Below the pieces are notes generated by a model that was given only the letters and a program-made list of their open reading frames with translations, searched no databases and was not told the DNA's origin. This document shows positions 37,919-48,191 of a stretch of DNA of 64,000 bases, piece by piece (within the stretch, counting starts at the first letter, position 1; every line of letters begins with the position of its first letter). Origin of the DNA: Bacteroidales bacterium (lineage in GTDB: Bacteria; Bacteroidota; Bacteroidia; Bacteroidales; JAAYJT01); NCBI GenBank assembly GCA_012522795.1, contig JAAYJT010000057.1:44807-108806 (forward strand), in the 5' to 3' direction. The position numbers and the translations under genes were made by a program.

Positions 37919-39052
37919 ATGAAACTCTGTTTTGTACTGATAGGTATTTTGTTAAATAGCATTGGTTTATCACAGGATTCAATCAATCAAAAAAACAAAA
38001 AGCAAAACTTTATTATTTCAGGCGGTTTTGGGTACGGGAATGTAGTTCCCACCAATCAGTTTGTAATGGGTGATAATCTGCAAAATAACTCAATAGACCA
38101 TTATAAGTCATTTTCGCTGAAAGCACTATGGCAGAACCCCGGCTATACCCACTGGCAAAGGGTTCACCGAGGGCCGTATTATGGTGTTGGCATATCGAGA
38201 GGAGATTTTGGCAATTCGTATGAAATTGGCTATCCGGTCTCCTATTACGGTATATTGGGACAGCCGGTTGCAAGACTGCAGAAAGTGGATTTTTTCACTG
38301 AGTTTCAATTCGGATTGACAAATAACTGGAAAAGTTTTGACATTCTGAAAAATCCTAAAAACATAGCAATTGGCGGAACCTTCACGGTACATCTGGATAT
38401 TGCATTAAAAACGTTTTTTGATTTAAGTCCCAAATTTGATTTCGGTGCGGGAATGAGTTTTATCCATTTTTCCAATGGCGGTTTAAAGCGTCCAAACCGG
38501 GGTTTCAATATTTTTTCTCCGCAAGCGGAATTCAGATACAGATTTGTACCCCGCCCCGATTATAAAAAAATGGAAAAAGCGGAGAACTTAAAACGGTCAC
38601 ATGATCTGCTTTTTATGAGGACGGGAAGTGTTCATCAGCTTATGGAATTTGAACCGGATTCCAATTTTTTTGCCGTATATGGCTGGAGCATGATTTATTT
38701 AAATCAGATTTCTAATGCTGTAAGACTGGGGATAGGAAGGGACATGAATTACTGGTGGGGCATGACGGTAAATCCGGACGGAACAATCGGTGAAAGAACC
38801 ATTAAAAATCTTTCAGTCGGCTATATTTTGCAACCTGAAATGATAATAGGCAACTTAACACTTGTGGGCGGTGTTGGAATTTATGCCGCGCATTCACAGT
38901 TTGGCAGTTTCAAACAGATGTATCAGAGACTTGGGGTAAGATTCGATATTTATAAAACATTGTCGCTTGGGGTAAATGTGCGTGCCATCAATTTTAATCA
39001 CGCCGAGTTTATGGAGTTTAACATAGGCTACAGGGTGCGGTGGTTTAAATAG
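37919..39052 (+). CDS. PagL-like lipid A deacylase / acyloxyacyl hydrolase family outer-membrane protein
   Basis: Signal peptide, a beta-barrel-like sequence, and the H-x-S-N context SFIHFSNGGLKRPNRGFN, which matches the PagL catalytic His/Ser motif as I remember it. It ends in an aromatic-rich strand (YRVRWFK). Confidence 0.55.
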   Translation: MKLCFVLIGILLNSIGLSQDSINQKNKKQNFIISGGFGYGNVVPTNQFVMGDNLQNNSIDHYKSFSLKALWQNPGYTHWQRVHRGPYYGVGISRGDFGNSYEIGYPVSYYGILGQPVARLQKVDFFTEFQFGLTNNWKSFDILKNPKNIAIGGTFTVHLDIALKTFFDLSPKFDFGAGMSFIHFSNGGLKRPNRGFNIFSPQAEFRYRFVPRPDYKKMEKAENLKRSHDLLFMRTGSVHQLMEFEPDSNFFAVYGWSMIYLNQISNAVRLGIGRDMNYWWGMTVNPDGTIGERTIKNLSVGYILQPEMIIGNLTLVGGVGIYAAHSQFGSFKQMYQRLGVRFDIYKTLSLGVNVRAINFNHAEFMEFNIGYRVRWFK

Positions 39053-39115
39053 AGTATTGCAAAACAATTTTCTTACTCAGCTTCTTCCGGAATACAGGTG
39101 TATTTTTATAGTTTT

Positions 39116-39163
39116 TCTAAATATTTTGCTATTTATTTTATTGATATTCAAGTAAATATAATG
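39116..39163. repeat. Direct repeat, right copy (pairs with 34727..34770)
   Basis: See the left copy. It lies in the convergent intergenic region between the PagL-like gene and the small repeat protein. Confidence 0.5.
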
Positions 39164-39180
39164 TTCTTAAGGATTAACAA

Positions 39181-39582
39181 TTAGTTAAACCTCTTTTTAT
39201 AAATATTAAAAGTTTGATTGTGCCTGAAAAAAGTGATCTTATCGGCAAGACGGATAAATATCTCCAGATTGTTTTGCCTGAGCCAGTTTATGGCTTCAGG
39301 CTTTTTTAGACAGGCATCGGTAAATATTATCAGAAAATTATAATCATGCTTTATCAGCCATTCGTAGGCTTCTTTTTTCCCGTCAACAGCCAGATCGAAA
39401 GCTGCAAAATGAGGATATCCATTATTAAGCAGCCATTTTGTAGCTTCTTCACTTCCCCGCATTGAACTTGAAAGGGCTGCCAGCTCAGGATAGCCATTAT
39501 TTAACAACCAATTGAATATCTGATCGTTATCAGAAAATGTTTCTCCAAAAGCCAGCAATATTTTCTCCGGATAGTCAATCAT
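39181..39582 (-). CDS. Hypothetical cytoplasmic protein built of four ~25-aa tandem repeats
   Basis: 133 aa. The repeat units are FNWLLNNGYPELAALSSSMRGSEEA / TKWLLNNGYPHFAAFDLAVDGKKEA / YEWLIKHDYNFLIIFTDACLKKPEA / INWLRQNNLEIFIRLADKI. No signal peptide and no family that I recognise. Confidence 0.5.
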   Translation of the reverse strand: MIDYPEKILLAFGETFSDNDQIFNWLLNNGYPELAALSSSMRGSEEATKWLLNNGYPHFAAFDLAVDGKKEAYEWLIKHDYNFLIIFTDACLKKPEAINWLRQNNLEIFIRLADKITFFRHNQTFNIYKKRFN

Positions 39583-39683
39583 GTCCCATGATGATTTGGT
39601 TCACAACTAACAAAGATAATCCATATTAAATGATCCTATCAAATATTTTGTAAACAAAAATCGTAATTGTTCAATGGATATAA

Positions 39684-40466
39684 CTAATAATACACCTCGG
39701 TTTGTATTCCCAGCTCATTTACCTTTTTTGCGATCCGGTTAAGTTCGTTGTACGATAATTTTTCAAGACCTGATAATGGAGTTGAGCGATCAATGGGATA
39801 GATCATTACCAAACGAGGTGAAATTTCTTTAATGAACTTCAGCCATACATTCACATTTTCGTCGCTTGAAGAGTCAAAATATTCTCCATTTACAGTGCCT
39901 CTTAAAAACAGGCTCTGAATTATAAGATTCCCTTTAAATTCCTTAAGGTTTTCCACAATTTTAGTCAAAGAAATATTCCAAACCGGATTATTGATCAGTT
40001 TCATGTAGCTTTCAGTTCCTACATCCAGCTTTAAAACATTTTTGTCAACTTTCAGCAATGCCTCTTTTATTCTGGCATTGCCAAGTGTAGTAGCGTTTGA
40101 AAGTACTGTTATCTGAGCATCGGGGAAGAACCTGTTGCGAAGAAGTATAGTTTCATCAATAATTTCAGGAAAATCAGGGTGCAGAGTTGGTTCTCCGTTG
40201 CCGGCAAAAGTAATATTATCAGGGCTTATGCCACTTTCTTTCAGTTCAGCAAATTTACGATCCATTGTTTCCTTTATAATTTCTCCCGGAATAAAAGTTT
40301 CAGAATCTGATTCTGAAGTATCGTGAGTAAGTCCACATTCACAATAAATGCAATTAAATGAACAAACCTTTTTATTTAATGGTAGAAGATTAATTCCCAG
40401 CGAAATGCCAAATCTGCGGCTTCGAACCGGACCAAATACTATATCGCGAAAAAGAAAACCTGACAT
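39684..40466 (-). CDS. Radical SAM protein (specific function unassigned)
   Basis: CSFNCIYCECG (CxxxCxxC) follows the conserved N-terminus FGPVRSRRFGISLGINLLP. 260 aa. Confidence 0.85.
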   Translation of the reverse strand: MSGFLFRDIVFGPVRSRRFGISLGINLLPLNKKVCSFNCIYCECGLTHDTSESDSETFIPGEIIKETMDRKFAELKESGISPDNITFAGNGEPTLHPDFPEIIDETILLRNRFFPDAQITVLSNATTLGNARIKEALLKVDKNVLKLDVGTESYMKLINNPVWNISLTKIVENLKEFKGNLIIQSLFLRGTVNGEYFDSSSDENVNVWLKFIKEISPRLVMIYPIDRSTPLSGLEKLSYNELNRIAKKVNELGIQTEVYY

Positions 40467-40735
40467 GATAAAAATATTTTCGGCAAAAGTACTGTATATT
40501 TACAAACAGAAGAATGAGCAGATAATAAGACATAAATTCAAAAACCTCATGATTTACAGATATAAAAATGAAAATACAAGCCGTGAGATATTGAACAACA
40601 AACACATAAAACAGGCGTTGACTTATAGTGCAGTATTGATATTGACTGTATTTAAAGTGTAAAAGACATAGTTTTGAACCCCAAATAGATTTCATTTCCG
40701 AACACAAAAAAACATCATTCAAAGGTGCTTACCAA

Positions 40736-41716
40736 ATGAATTCTGCCAGCATTAAAGATATCAGAGAGCCTATCGAGTCATATTTGAAGGATTTTGAAAC
40801 TTCTTTCAGAAATTCGATGAAAAGTTCCGTTCCCTTGCTCGATGTCATTATGAACTATCTTGTTTCCCATAAAGGTAAGCGAATGAGACCTTTGTTTGTT
40901 TTTCTTTCAGCAGGAGTATGCGGCAATATCAACGATCGTACCCAAAGGACGGCAACTATGATTGAACTGCTTCATACTGCTACTCTTGTACATGATGATG
41001 TTGTTGATGACTCGCATAAACGCAGAGGATTTTTCTCAATAAATGCCTTATGGAAAAACAAGATTGCTGTCCTTGCCGGTGATTATCTGCTATCACGGGG
41101 GCTGCTGTTATCTCTTGACAATAATGATTTCGATCTGTTGAAGATAGTTTCTGATGCTACCCGCGAAATGAGCGAGGGTGAACTACTTCAGATTGAAAAA
41201 GCAAGGAGGCTGGATATTACAGAAGAAATATATTTTGAGATCATCAAAAAGAAAACTGCTTCGCTGATTGCTGCCTGCTGCAAAGCAGGAGCTGTATCAG
41301 TAAATGCTCCTGGCGATATGCCTGAACGTATGCATGCTTTTGGTGAATACGCCGGAATAGCTTTTCAGATAAAAGATGATCTGTTTGATTATCAGAAAAA
41401 TAATAGTGCAGGGAAACCAGTTGGGAATGACTTGAAAGAGAAAAAAATGACCCTTCCTTTAATTTATGCACTGAGCCAAACTGGATTTTTTGAAAAGCAA
41501 AGGATAATTTCTGCCGTAAGAAAGAAAAATGCTGAACCCGAAATAGTTAACGCTGTAATTGAAAAGGTTAAAAATCTTGAAGGCATCAGTTATGCAACTG
41601 AAAAAATGTTTTTTTATCGTGATAAGGCACTTGAAATCCTTAAAACCTTTGAGCCGGGAGCTATGACCCGTTCTCTTGAACAATTGGTTCATTATACCAT
41701 TGAGCGAAATAAATAA
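40736..41716 (+). CDS. Polyprenyl diphosphate synthase (long-chain, IspB-like)
   Basis: First and second Asp-rich motifs LVHDDVVDD and QIKDDLFDY, plus GKRMRP. 326 aa. Confidence 0.9.
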   Translation: MNSASIKDIREPIESYLKDFETSFRNSMKSSVPLLDVIMNYLVSHKGKRMRPLFVFLSAGVCGNINDRTQRTATMIELLHTATLVHDDVVDDSHKRRGFFSINALWKNKIAVLAGDYLLSRGLLLSLDNNDFDLLKIVSDATREMSEGELLQIEKARRLDITEEIYFEIIKKKTASLIAACCKAGAVSVNAPGDMPERMHAFGEYAGIAFQIKDDLFDYQKNNSAGKPVGNDLKEKKMTLPLIYALSQTGFFEKQRIISAVRKKNAEPEIVNAVIEKVKNLEGISYATEKMFFYRDKALEILKTFEPGAMTRSLEQLVHYTIERNK

Positions 41717-41802
41717 AATAAGAATGGCGAATATCCGAATTTTACGATAAAAAGATTATTACCCGATCCATGTTATTATTATCCATATTTAATCCTTGTT
41801 AA

Positions 41803-42420
41803 ATGGCATTTATTCATTTTTCTTTATGGCTTTCTTTAATATTTATCAGGTTTTGCCCTTTTTTAGAAACTACTCACAAAATTGATCGTATGCCTAACGA
41901 CATTATTTGTTTGAGTGAATTTGAAGATGCTTTATACAAAGAGCTGAATAATTACAGAATACAAAACGGGCTTAATCCTATTACCCTATCACCTTCGCTT
42001 ACATACATAGCACAGGTTCATTGCCGCGATTTAAGTGAAAACTTCCCCTTCGAAGACACTGGATGTAATATGCATAGCTGGTCGGACAAAGGCTCCTGGA
42101 CACCTTGCTGTTACACCAATGATCACAAGAACAGGGATTGCGCGATAAATAAGCCAAAAGAACTTACATCTTACAAAAGCGAGGGTTATGAAATAGCTTT
42201 TTTTTCAACTTACAACTATCCGGATGCCTTTAGTTTTGCCAAAGATGCAATAGATATGTGGAGCAAAAGTAAAGGTCATAATGAAACCATATTAAATTTG
42301 GGCACATGGAAGAAAGTAACATGGAAAGCCTGTGGTGTAGGCAGTTACGGCGATTTTACAACAATATGGTTTGGCACTGAAACCGATGATGATACTAATA
42401 TTGTAAAAATTTGCAAATAA
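41803..42420 (+). CDS. CAP/SCP (YkwD-like) domain protein
   Basis: LNNYRIQNGLNPITLSPSLTYIAQVHCRDLSEN... and GHNETILN...GVG... fit bacterial CAP-domain proteins. The N-terminal signal is atypical and the start is uncertain. Confidence 0.55.
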   Translation: MAFIHFSLWLSLIFIRFCPFLETTHKIDRMPNDIICLSEFEDALYKELNNYRIQNGLNPITLSPSLTYIAQVHCRDLSENFPFEDTGCNMHSWSDKGSWTPCCYTNDHKNRDCAINKPKELTSYKSEGYEIAFFSTYNYPDAFSFAKDAIDMWSKSKGHNETILNLGTWKKVTWKACGVGSYGDFTTIWFGTETDDDTNIVKICK

Positions 42421-42474
42421 AAAGCCGCTCCCGAAATCGAAAGCAGCCCATTGCTTAATTCTGTATGTTCATAG

Positions 42475-44379
42475 TTACTTAACTTCTTCAAAATCAACAT
42501 CAGTAACTTCATCATCTCCACTCTTAGGCTCAGAAGTACCCGGGTCAGTATGAGGCTGACCTTGCGTTTGTTGTTCCTGAGTAGCCTTATATAATTCTTC
42601 GCTGGCAGCCTGCCATGCAGAGTTCAGTTCGCCCATTGAAGCATCAATTTCAGCAATATTGTGATTTTTATGTGCTTCTTTTAGTCGTGCAAGTGCTGAT
42701 TCAATACGTTGTTTCTTTTCAGCCGGTATTTTATCACCATACTCTTTCAATTGTTTTTCCGTCTGGAAAGCAAGTGCATCAGCATTATTCATCTTATCAA
42801 CCTCTTCCTTGAGTCTTCTATCTTCTTCGGCATTTGCTTCCGCCTCGGCTTTCATACGTTTAATCTCATCATCGTTCAATCCACTTGTAGCCTCTATTCT
42901 GATCTGCTGAGACTTACCTGTACCCTTATCTTTTGCAGCAACATTTAGTATTCCGTTAGCATCAATATCAAATGTTACTTCAATCTGAGGAATTCCGCGC
43001 GGGGCTGGTGGTATCCCATCAAGATGGAATCGGCCTATACTCTTATTTCCACCTGCCATTGGGCGTTCTCCCTGCAAAACATGTATCTCAACCGATGGCT
43101 GATTATCCGAAGCAGTTGAAAACACTTCTGATTTCTTGGTAGGAATTGTAGTGTTAGATTCAATCAGTCTGGTCATTACGCCTCCAAGGGTTTCAATTCC
43201 AAGTGAAAGCGGAGTTACATCAAGTAGCAGCACATCTTTAACTTCACCTGTAAGAACGCCACCCTGAATAGCGGCACCAACAGCAACTACTTCGTCGGGG
43301 TTTACACCTTTTGAAGGAACTTTTCCAAAAAACTCCTCAACTACTTTCTGAATAGCAGGAATACGTGTTGAACCGCCAACCAGAAGGACTTCATCAATTT
43401 CCGAAGCCTTGAATCCTGAATCGCTGAGAGCTTTTTTACATGGCTCAATGGTAGCTTTGATCAGACTATCAGTGAGTTGTTCAAATTTAGCTCTTGTAAG
43501 TGTACGCACCAGGTGCTTTGGAATACCATCAACAGGCATTATATAAGGCAGATTTATCTCGGTGGATGTTGAACTTGAAAGCTCAATCTTGGCTTTTTCT
43601 GAAGCTTCTTTCAAACGTTGCAGCGCCATAGGGTCTTTACGAAGATCAATATTTTCATCTTTCTTAAACTCTTCTGCCAGCCAGTCAATTATGGCCTGGT
43701 CAAAATCATCACCTCCAAGGTGAGTATTACCGTTTGTTGATTTAACTTCAAAAACGCCATCACCAAGTTCAAGGATTGATATGTCAAATGTACCTCCACC
43801 CAGATCGAACACAGCAACTTTCATATCCTTATGTTTTTGATCGAGACCGTATGAAAGGGCTGCGGCAGTGGGTTCATTTATAATTCTTTTTACAGTAAGT
43901 CCGGCAATTTCACCGGCTTCTTTTGTAGCCTGACGCTGTGAATCACTGAAATAGGCAGGTACTGTTATGACTGCTTCGCTAACAGTAGTTCCCAAATAAT
44001 CTTCGGCTGTTTTTTTCATTTTCTGCAATATCATTGCCGAAATTTCCTGTGGTGTATAAAGTCTATCGTCAATACGAACACGAGGGGTATTATTATCACC
44101 TTTATCTACCTGATAAGGTATTCTACCTACTTCTTTCTGAACTCTGTCGTAAGTTTCTCCCATAAATCTTTTAATGGAGAAAACTGTCTTTCTGGGATTG
44201 GTAATAGCCTGTCGTTTAGCCGGATCGCCTACTTTTCTCTCGCCGGTTTCGGTAAAAGCCACAATAGATGGTGTAGTACGATGTCCTTCGCTGTTAGGTA
44301 TAACAACAGGTTCGCTACCTTCCATAACAGAAACACATGAGTTAGTTGTTCCAAGATCTATTCCAATTATTTTTCCCAT
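42475..44379 (-). CDS. dnaK: Molecular chaperone DnaK (Hsp70)
   Basis: [24 protein letters not shown], and full-length Hsp70 colinearity. 634 aa. Confidence 0.98.
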   Translation of the reverse strand: MGKIIGIDLGTTNSCVSVMEGSEPVVIPNSEGHRTTPSIVAFTETGERKVGDPAKRQAITNPRKTVFSIKRFMGETYDRVQKEVGRIPYQVDKGDNNTPRVRIDDRLYTPQEISAMILQKMKKTAEDYLGTTVSEAVITVPAYFSDSQRQATKEAGEIAGLTVKRIINEPTAAALSYGLDQKHKDMKVAVFDLGGGTFDISILELGDGVFEVKSTNGNTHLGGDDFDQAIIDWLAEEFKKDENIDLRKDPMALQRLKEASEKAKIELSSSTSTEINLPYIMPVDGIPKHLVRTLTRAKFEQLTDSLIKATIEPCKKALSDSGFKASEIDEVLLVGGSTRIPAIQKVVEEFFGKVPSKGVNPDEVVAVGAAIQGGVLTGEVKDVLLLDVTPLSLGIETLGGVMTRLIESNTTIPTKKSEVFSTASDNQPSVEIHVLQGERPMAGGNKSIGRFHLDGIPPAPRGIPQIEVTFDIDANGILNVAAKDKGTGKSQQIRIEATSGLNDDEIKRMKAEAEANAEEDRRLKEEVDKMNNADALAFQTEKQLKEYGDKIPAEKKQRIESALARLKEAHKNHNIAEIDASMGELNSAWQAASEELYKATQEQQTQGQPHTDPGTSEPKSGDDEVTDVDFEEVK

Positions 44380-44625
44380 AGTATATTAATATTTTCAGTT
44401 AAAAATTTTTTAAACTACTTTAGGGCAGTCAAGGATTGTGCCATGATAGAAAATCGAATTGTTTGTCAGGTAGCTGAATAGCATATTTTTTCTTTACACT
44501 CAAAAACTACATATTGATCTTTGCCTGAAAATCAACAATATAGCTAAAATAAAAGAATAAGGTCAGGAGCTAAGGGAAAGAATAAATACAGAATTATGTA
44601 TATGACAATTAGTCAGATCCGGGGG

Positions 44626-45633
44626 TTATTTAGTAGGTATCCATTGGAAATTATATCCGTCCATTTCCATTAGCTTGGTTATGGTGTTAAGATGCAGTAA
44701 ATGCACCCGCTTTTTCTGGTATCGGGCACTGAACACGCCAAGGCCATTGGTAATATTAGTGTATTCAGGTTTTTCCTGCACTATGCTTGACGTAGGTTCG
44801 TTAATCTCGATATATAGGCTCAAATCAAAAGCAGCCACATAAATAGTCAGCTCAATATTTACAGCGTAGCGTTCTACATTATCTTTTTTCTCAACCTGAT
44901 TTTCAATCATTGCAAAAAAAGTTGAGTTGGCAAATGCCAGCTCAATATCGGAATTACTATCCTTTCCGGACTTAATGAAGGCGGATTTCCACTCAGTATA
45001 ATGATATGTTGAATCGCCTGTGTCAGTATTCACTTCAAGGTAATTAAAATGCATGACCATCTGGTAACGGCCTGCATTCCGGGCCGGTCTCCATTTAAAC
45101 ATACGTGATTCAGCACCGCCTGGAGGGTTAAAATTCAGGGTAGAATTCTCAACCGGAACTATAATACCAAAATCACCAACAAGCGGAGTTTCAGAAGTAA
45201 CAGTCTCGCCATTGGGTTTCTGAATTGTAAGATGATAATCAAAACCTGTGCTCAGTTCTGCCGGAAAGTAAAATACCGGTTGCTGCATATTGAAAAACCT
45301 GCCAGTGTCTTTATCGTATATCGTTATTGTATCAAGTTCAAATCTTCTGTTCAACATTTTATTATAATACTCATCAACCATCACATTGATATTTCCCGGA
45401 TAAAGATTGGAATCAGGCTCAAGAGCCATTTGCATAACATTGCCCTTACCAAGAAAAGCTTTCTGGATTCTGAGGTAATGAATACTATCGTTCTGGTTCA
45501 AAGCTCCATACACCACAGTAATATCTTTCCAATCGGCATTAATATCAAAATCTGTTTCGCATGAAGCTAAAAAAAGAAAAGCAGTAAGAAATATCGTAAT
45601 ACGCAGGTAGTTCATCATTGAATGTAATTTCAA
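44626..45633 (-). CDS. Hypothetical lipoprotein
   Basis: Lipobox FLASCETD. 335 aa. No catalytic motif recognised. The start may be one of the internal Met residues (MMNYLRI). Confidence 0.5.
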   Translation of the reverse strand: MKLHSMMNYLRITIFLTAFLFLASCETDFDINADWKDITVVYGALNQNDSIHYLRIQKAFLGKGNVMQMALEPDSNLYPGNINVMVDEYYNKMLNRRFELDTITIYDKDTGRFFNMQQPVFYFPAELSTGFDYHLTIQKPNGETVTSETPLVGDFGIIVPVENSTLNFNPPGGAESRMFKWRPARNAGRYQMVMHFNYLEVNTDTGDSTYHYTEWKSAFIKSGKDSNSDIELAFANSTFFAMIENQVEKKDNVERYAVNIELTIYVAAFDLSLYIEINEPTSSIVQEKPEYTNITNGLGVFSARYQKKRVHLLHLNTITKLMEMDGYNFQWIPTK

Positions 45634-45744
45634 AAAAAGTAAATATGTGGCAAAGGTAATTATTATGCATCAGAACAATGATTGACGGGTAATATTTATA
45701 GCTGGGAAAATAAAAAGTTTAAAACATTAAAATTTCATATTCAC

Positions 45745-48114
45745 TCATAAAGCCCTGATTCTTCTTATCAGCGCCCAAACAAATCCGGCAAGCATTATGA
45801 AAGTTCCCAGCCATAACAATCGGATAAATGGGAATATGACAGCATGAACCACAATATGATCTTCAGAAACTCCGTAAATACCAAGGATAATTGAATGAGG
45901 CTTATCTCCGACCCCTTCAAATCTAAGCTTCATATTCTGTTCTTCAAGGAAAGCATCTTCAAACAAAGCAGTATGCCCTTCAATACTATATCTTACCCAG
46001 ACTTCTTCTGTTGGCTGCATCATGCTTATAATCTGAAATCTAGCATTCAGCGCTATTCTCTCAAATTCATCCCCTGGCATTTCCACTTTCAGGCTATCAA
46101 AAATTATCATACTCCGCATAGCCATGATCGTATCTCCAAGCCGTATTATCTCACGCGAAAGTAGGCTAAGACCATTCTCATCAGTAAAATCAATTTCATG
46201 AGCATGGCTCACATAGGTATAAATATCCCTGGTAAGCTTATGACGCGTGGCAGGATTGCTTACCTGCCCCATTTGAGGATGTCTGTTGATTGATGGCACG
46301 AGCGTAAAATCGAGGTAATAGGAGCTATCAGCATTAAGTTTCAGAAAATCAAGAGTATAAAATGTTTCATTAACAACTGTTTTCCGATCACTATAAACCA
46401 CGTGATATTCGCCAAGGCGTGTCATTTGTCCTTTTATCAGCTTAATATTTTCAGCTTTAGTAACAGGGTCCTTTGAAATAGTTTTTTCGTTTGTAAATGT
46501 AAACACAATGGCGGCCAGAAAAATCCCAAAGCCTATATGAGTAATTGCGCCGGGAAGATTATGCGTTTTTCTGGCAAATCGAAATAAATAATCAAGTGAT
46601 GCGAACACTACAAATAATGCGAAGCCCAACAGCACTAAATGCATGATACGCGACGGCACAAACACTGCATAAATAATAGTTAAACCCACTGATAGCAATA
46701 AAGAAAGTAGAATACGACGAAAGAACACCTCTGCCTGATTTTTTCCATAATTCAAAAACTGGGAAATCCCAATTAATAGACTAATCATCAAAGCAAAAGG
46801 CATTTGCCAGCCATTGTAATAAGTTACCGGGTCGTCAGGTGGAGCCATTTTACTTCCTAAAACAGCATTAATAACCGGAATGGAAGTAGCAAATATTATT
46901 TGAAATGCCGATAGTAAAAGCACGATACTTCCTGCCAGAAGAATGAAATCGCGAGAAAATATATTCTCACTTTCCCGCTGAGGAATTTTTTTCCAGTTCA
47001 ATATCAGCCATACCATGGGTAAAACAAAAAATACAGCCATAAAAAGTACAAGCTGAAAAAACTTTTTATCAGCACCAAATGAATGTACTGATGTTTCGGC
47101 AAGTATGCCACTCCGGGTAAGAAATGCAGCATAAAGAACGAACAAGAACCCCAGGAATACAAAAATGAATGCAGCATGCAACTGTTGTTTTCGTTTAAGA
47201 GCCAACAACATCAGGTGCAAAGCGCCTGCCATGATCAGCCATGGCACCAATGATGCGTTTTCAACAGGGTCCCATGCCCAGAATCCTCCGAAGGTCAATG
47301 ACTCATATGCCCACCGTCCACCTAACAAAATTCCAGCTCCCAAAAAGATCAAAGCTGCCAAAACCCAAGGCAATGTATGTTTAATCCAGCCGATATAATC
47401 CTTTTTCCATAAAGCTGCTAAAGCAAAGGCATACGGGATAAGAAAAAGTGCGTAACCGAGGAATAAAACAGGAGGGTGGCTTACCATCCAAGGATTTTCA
47501 AGTAAAGGGTTCAAACCCACACCATCCGCTATTTGTTCAACATAATTGGGATCACTGAAAAAAGTTTCCCCGGCATACTCAGGCATTTCACGCAAAAGGG
47601 CAAAAGGGCTGCTACCTATTTTCAAACCCATAACCCTTACACCCAGCAACATAGAAGTAAGGAAAAACTGTGATAAAGAAACAATCCCCATTACCTGAGG
47701 TCTAAATGTGCTGGCTTTCATCAAAACTATCATTCCTGAAAGCCCCTGAAGTATTGCCCAAACCCAGAAACTACCCTCCTGACCTGCCCACAAACATGCT
47801 ACTATGTATTTTATCGGAAGTGCCACCGAACTGTAACGGTACACATAATTATATTCGAACCGGTGACTGAAGATCAGATAATAAAGAATGATGCCAACGC
47901 CAACAAGGCTCAGAATATGAGCTATATAAACCCATTTTGCAGCACGGAAAAGTTTTTGTTTCTCAATTTCATTCTTATGGTTTGAAAGAAAAAAATAAAT
48001 AGCCGAAACAATAGCAGTAAAAGTTGAGAACAAAACCAGTATGTGCCCAACAGTGCCGGGCAATGTCAACTCTCCAATATATATAATGTCTTGAAAATCA
48101 TTCATCAAAGTCAA
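45745..48114 (-). CDS. Cytochrome c biogenesis heme-handling protein, CcmF/NrfE-like (WWD domain)
   Basis: 789-aa polytopic protein containing GGRWAYESLTFGGFWAWDPVENASLVPWL, which is the CcmF-type W-rich heme-handling motif (W.WDPVEN). Confidence 0.65.
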   Translation of the reverse strand: MTLMNDFQDIIYIGELTLPGTVGHILVLFSTFTAIVSAIYFFLSNHKNEIEKQKLFRAAKWVYIAHILSLVGVGIILYYLIFSHRFEYNYVYRYSSVALPIKYIVACLWAGQEGSFWVWAILQGLSGMIVLMKASTFRPQVMGIVSLSQFFLTSMLLGVRVMGLKIGSSPFALLREMPEYAGETFFSDPNYVEQIADGVGLNPLLENPWMVSHPPVLFLGYALFLIPYAFALAALWKKDYIGWIKHTLPWVLAALIFLGAGILLGGRWAYESLTFGGFWAWDPVENASLVPWLIMAGALHLMLLALKRKQQLHAAFIFVFLGFLFVLYAAFLTRSGILAETSVHSFGADKKFFQLVLFMAVFFVLPMVWLILNWKKIPQRESENIFSRDFILLAGSIVLLLSAFQIIFATSIPVINAVLGSKMAPPDDPVTYYNGWQMPFALMISLLIGISQFLNYGKNQAEVFFRRILLSLLLSVGLTIIYAVFVPSRIMHLVLLGFALFVVFASLDYLFRFARKTHNLPGAITHIGFGIFLAAIVFTFTNEKTISKDPVTKAENIKLIKGQMTRLGEYHVVYSDRKTVVNETFYTLDFLKLNADSSYYLDFTLVPSINRHPQMGQVSNPATRHKLTRDIYTYVSHAHEIDFTDENGLSLLSREIIRLGDTIMAMRSMIIFDSLKVEMPGDEFERIALNARFQIISMMQPTEEVWVRYSIEGHTALFEDAFLEEQNMKLRFEGVGDKPHSIILGIYGVSEDHIVVHAVIFPFIRLLWLGTFIMLAGFVWALIRRIRAL

Positions 48115-48191
48115 AATTTAATGTGTTTTTAAATATGCACAAAACTACATGTTTTTCATTTATCAAATAAAATCTGACGAATTTGATTGTT

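Noticed and set aside
40348-40722. 104-aa (+) and 110-aa (-) ORFs in the region between the radical SAM gene and the polyprenyl synthase gene
   Set aside because: They are mutually overlapping, extend into the radical SAM coding region, and have low-complexity translations with no motifs. A divergent promoter region is the simpler reading.
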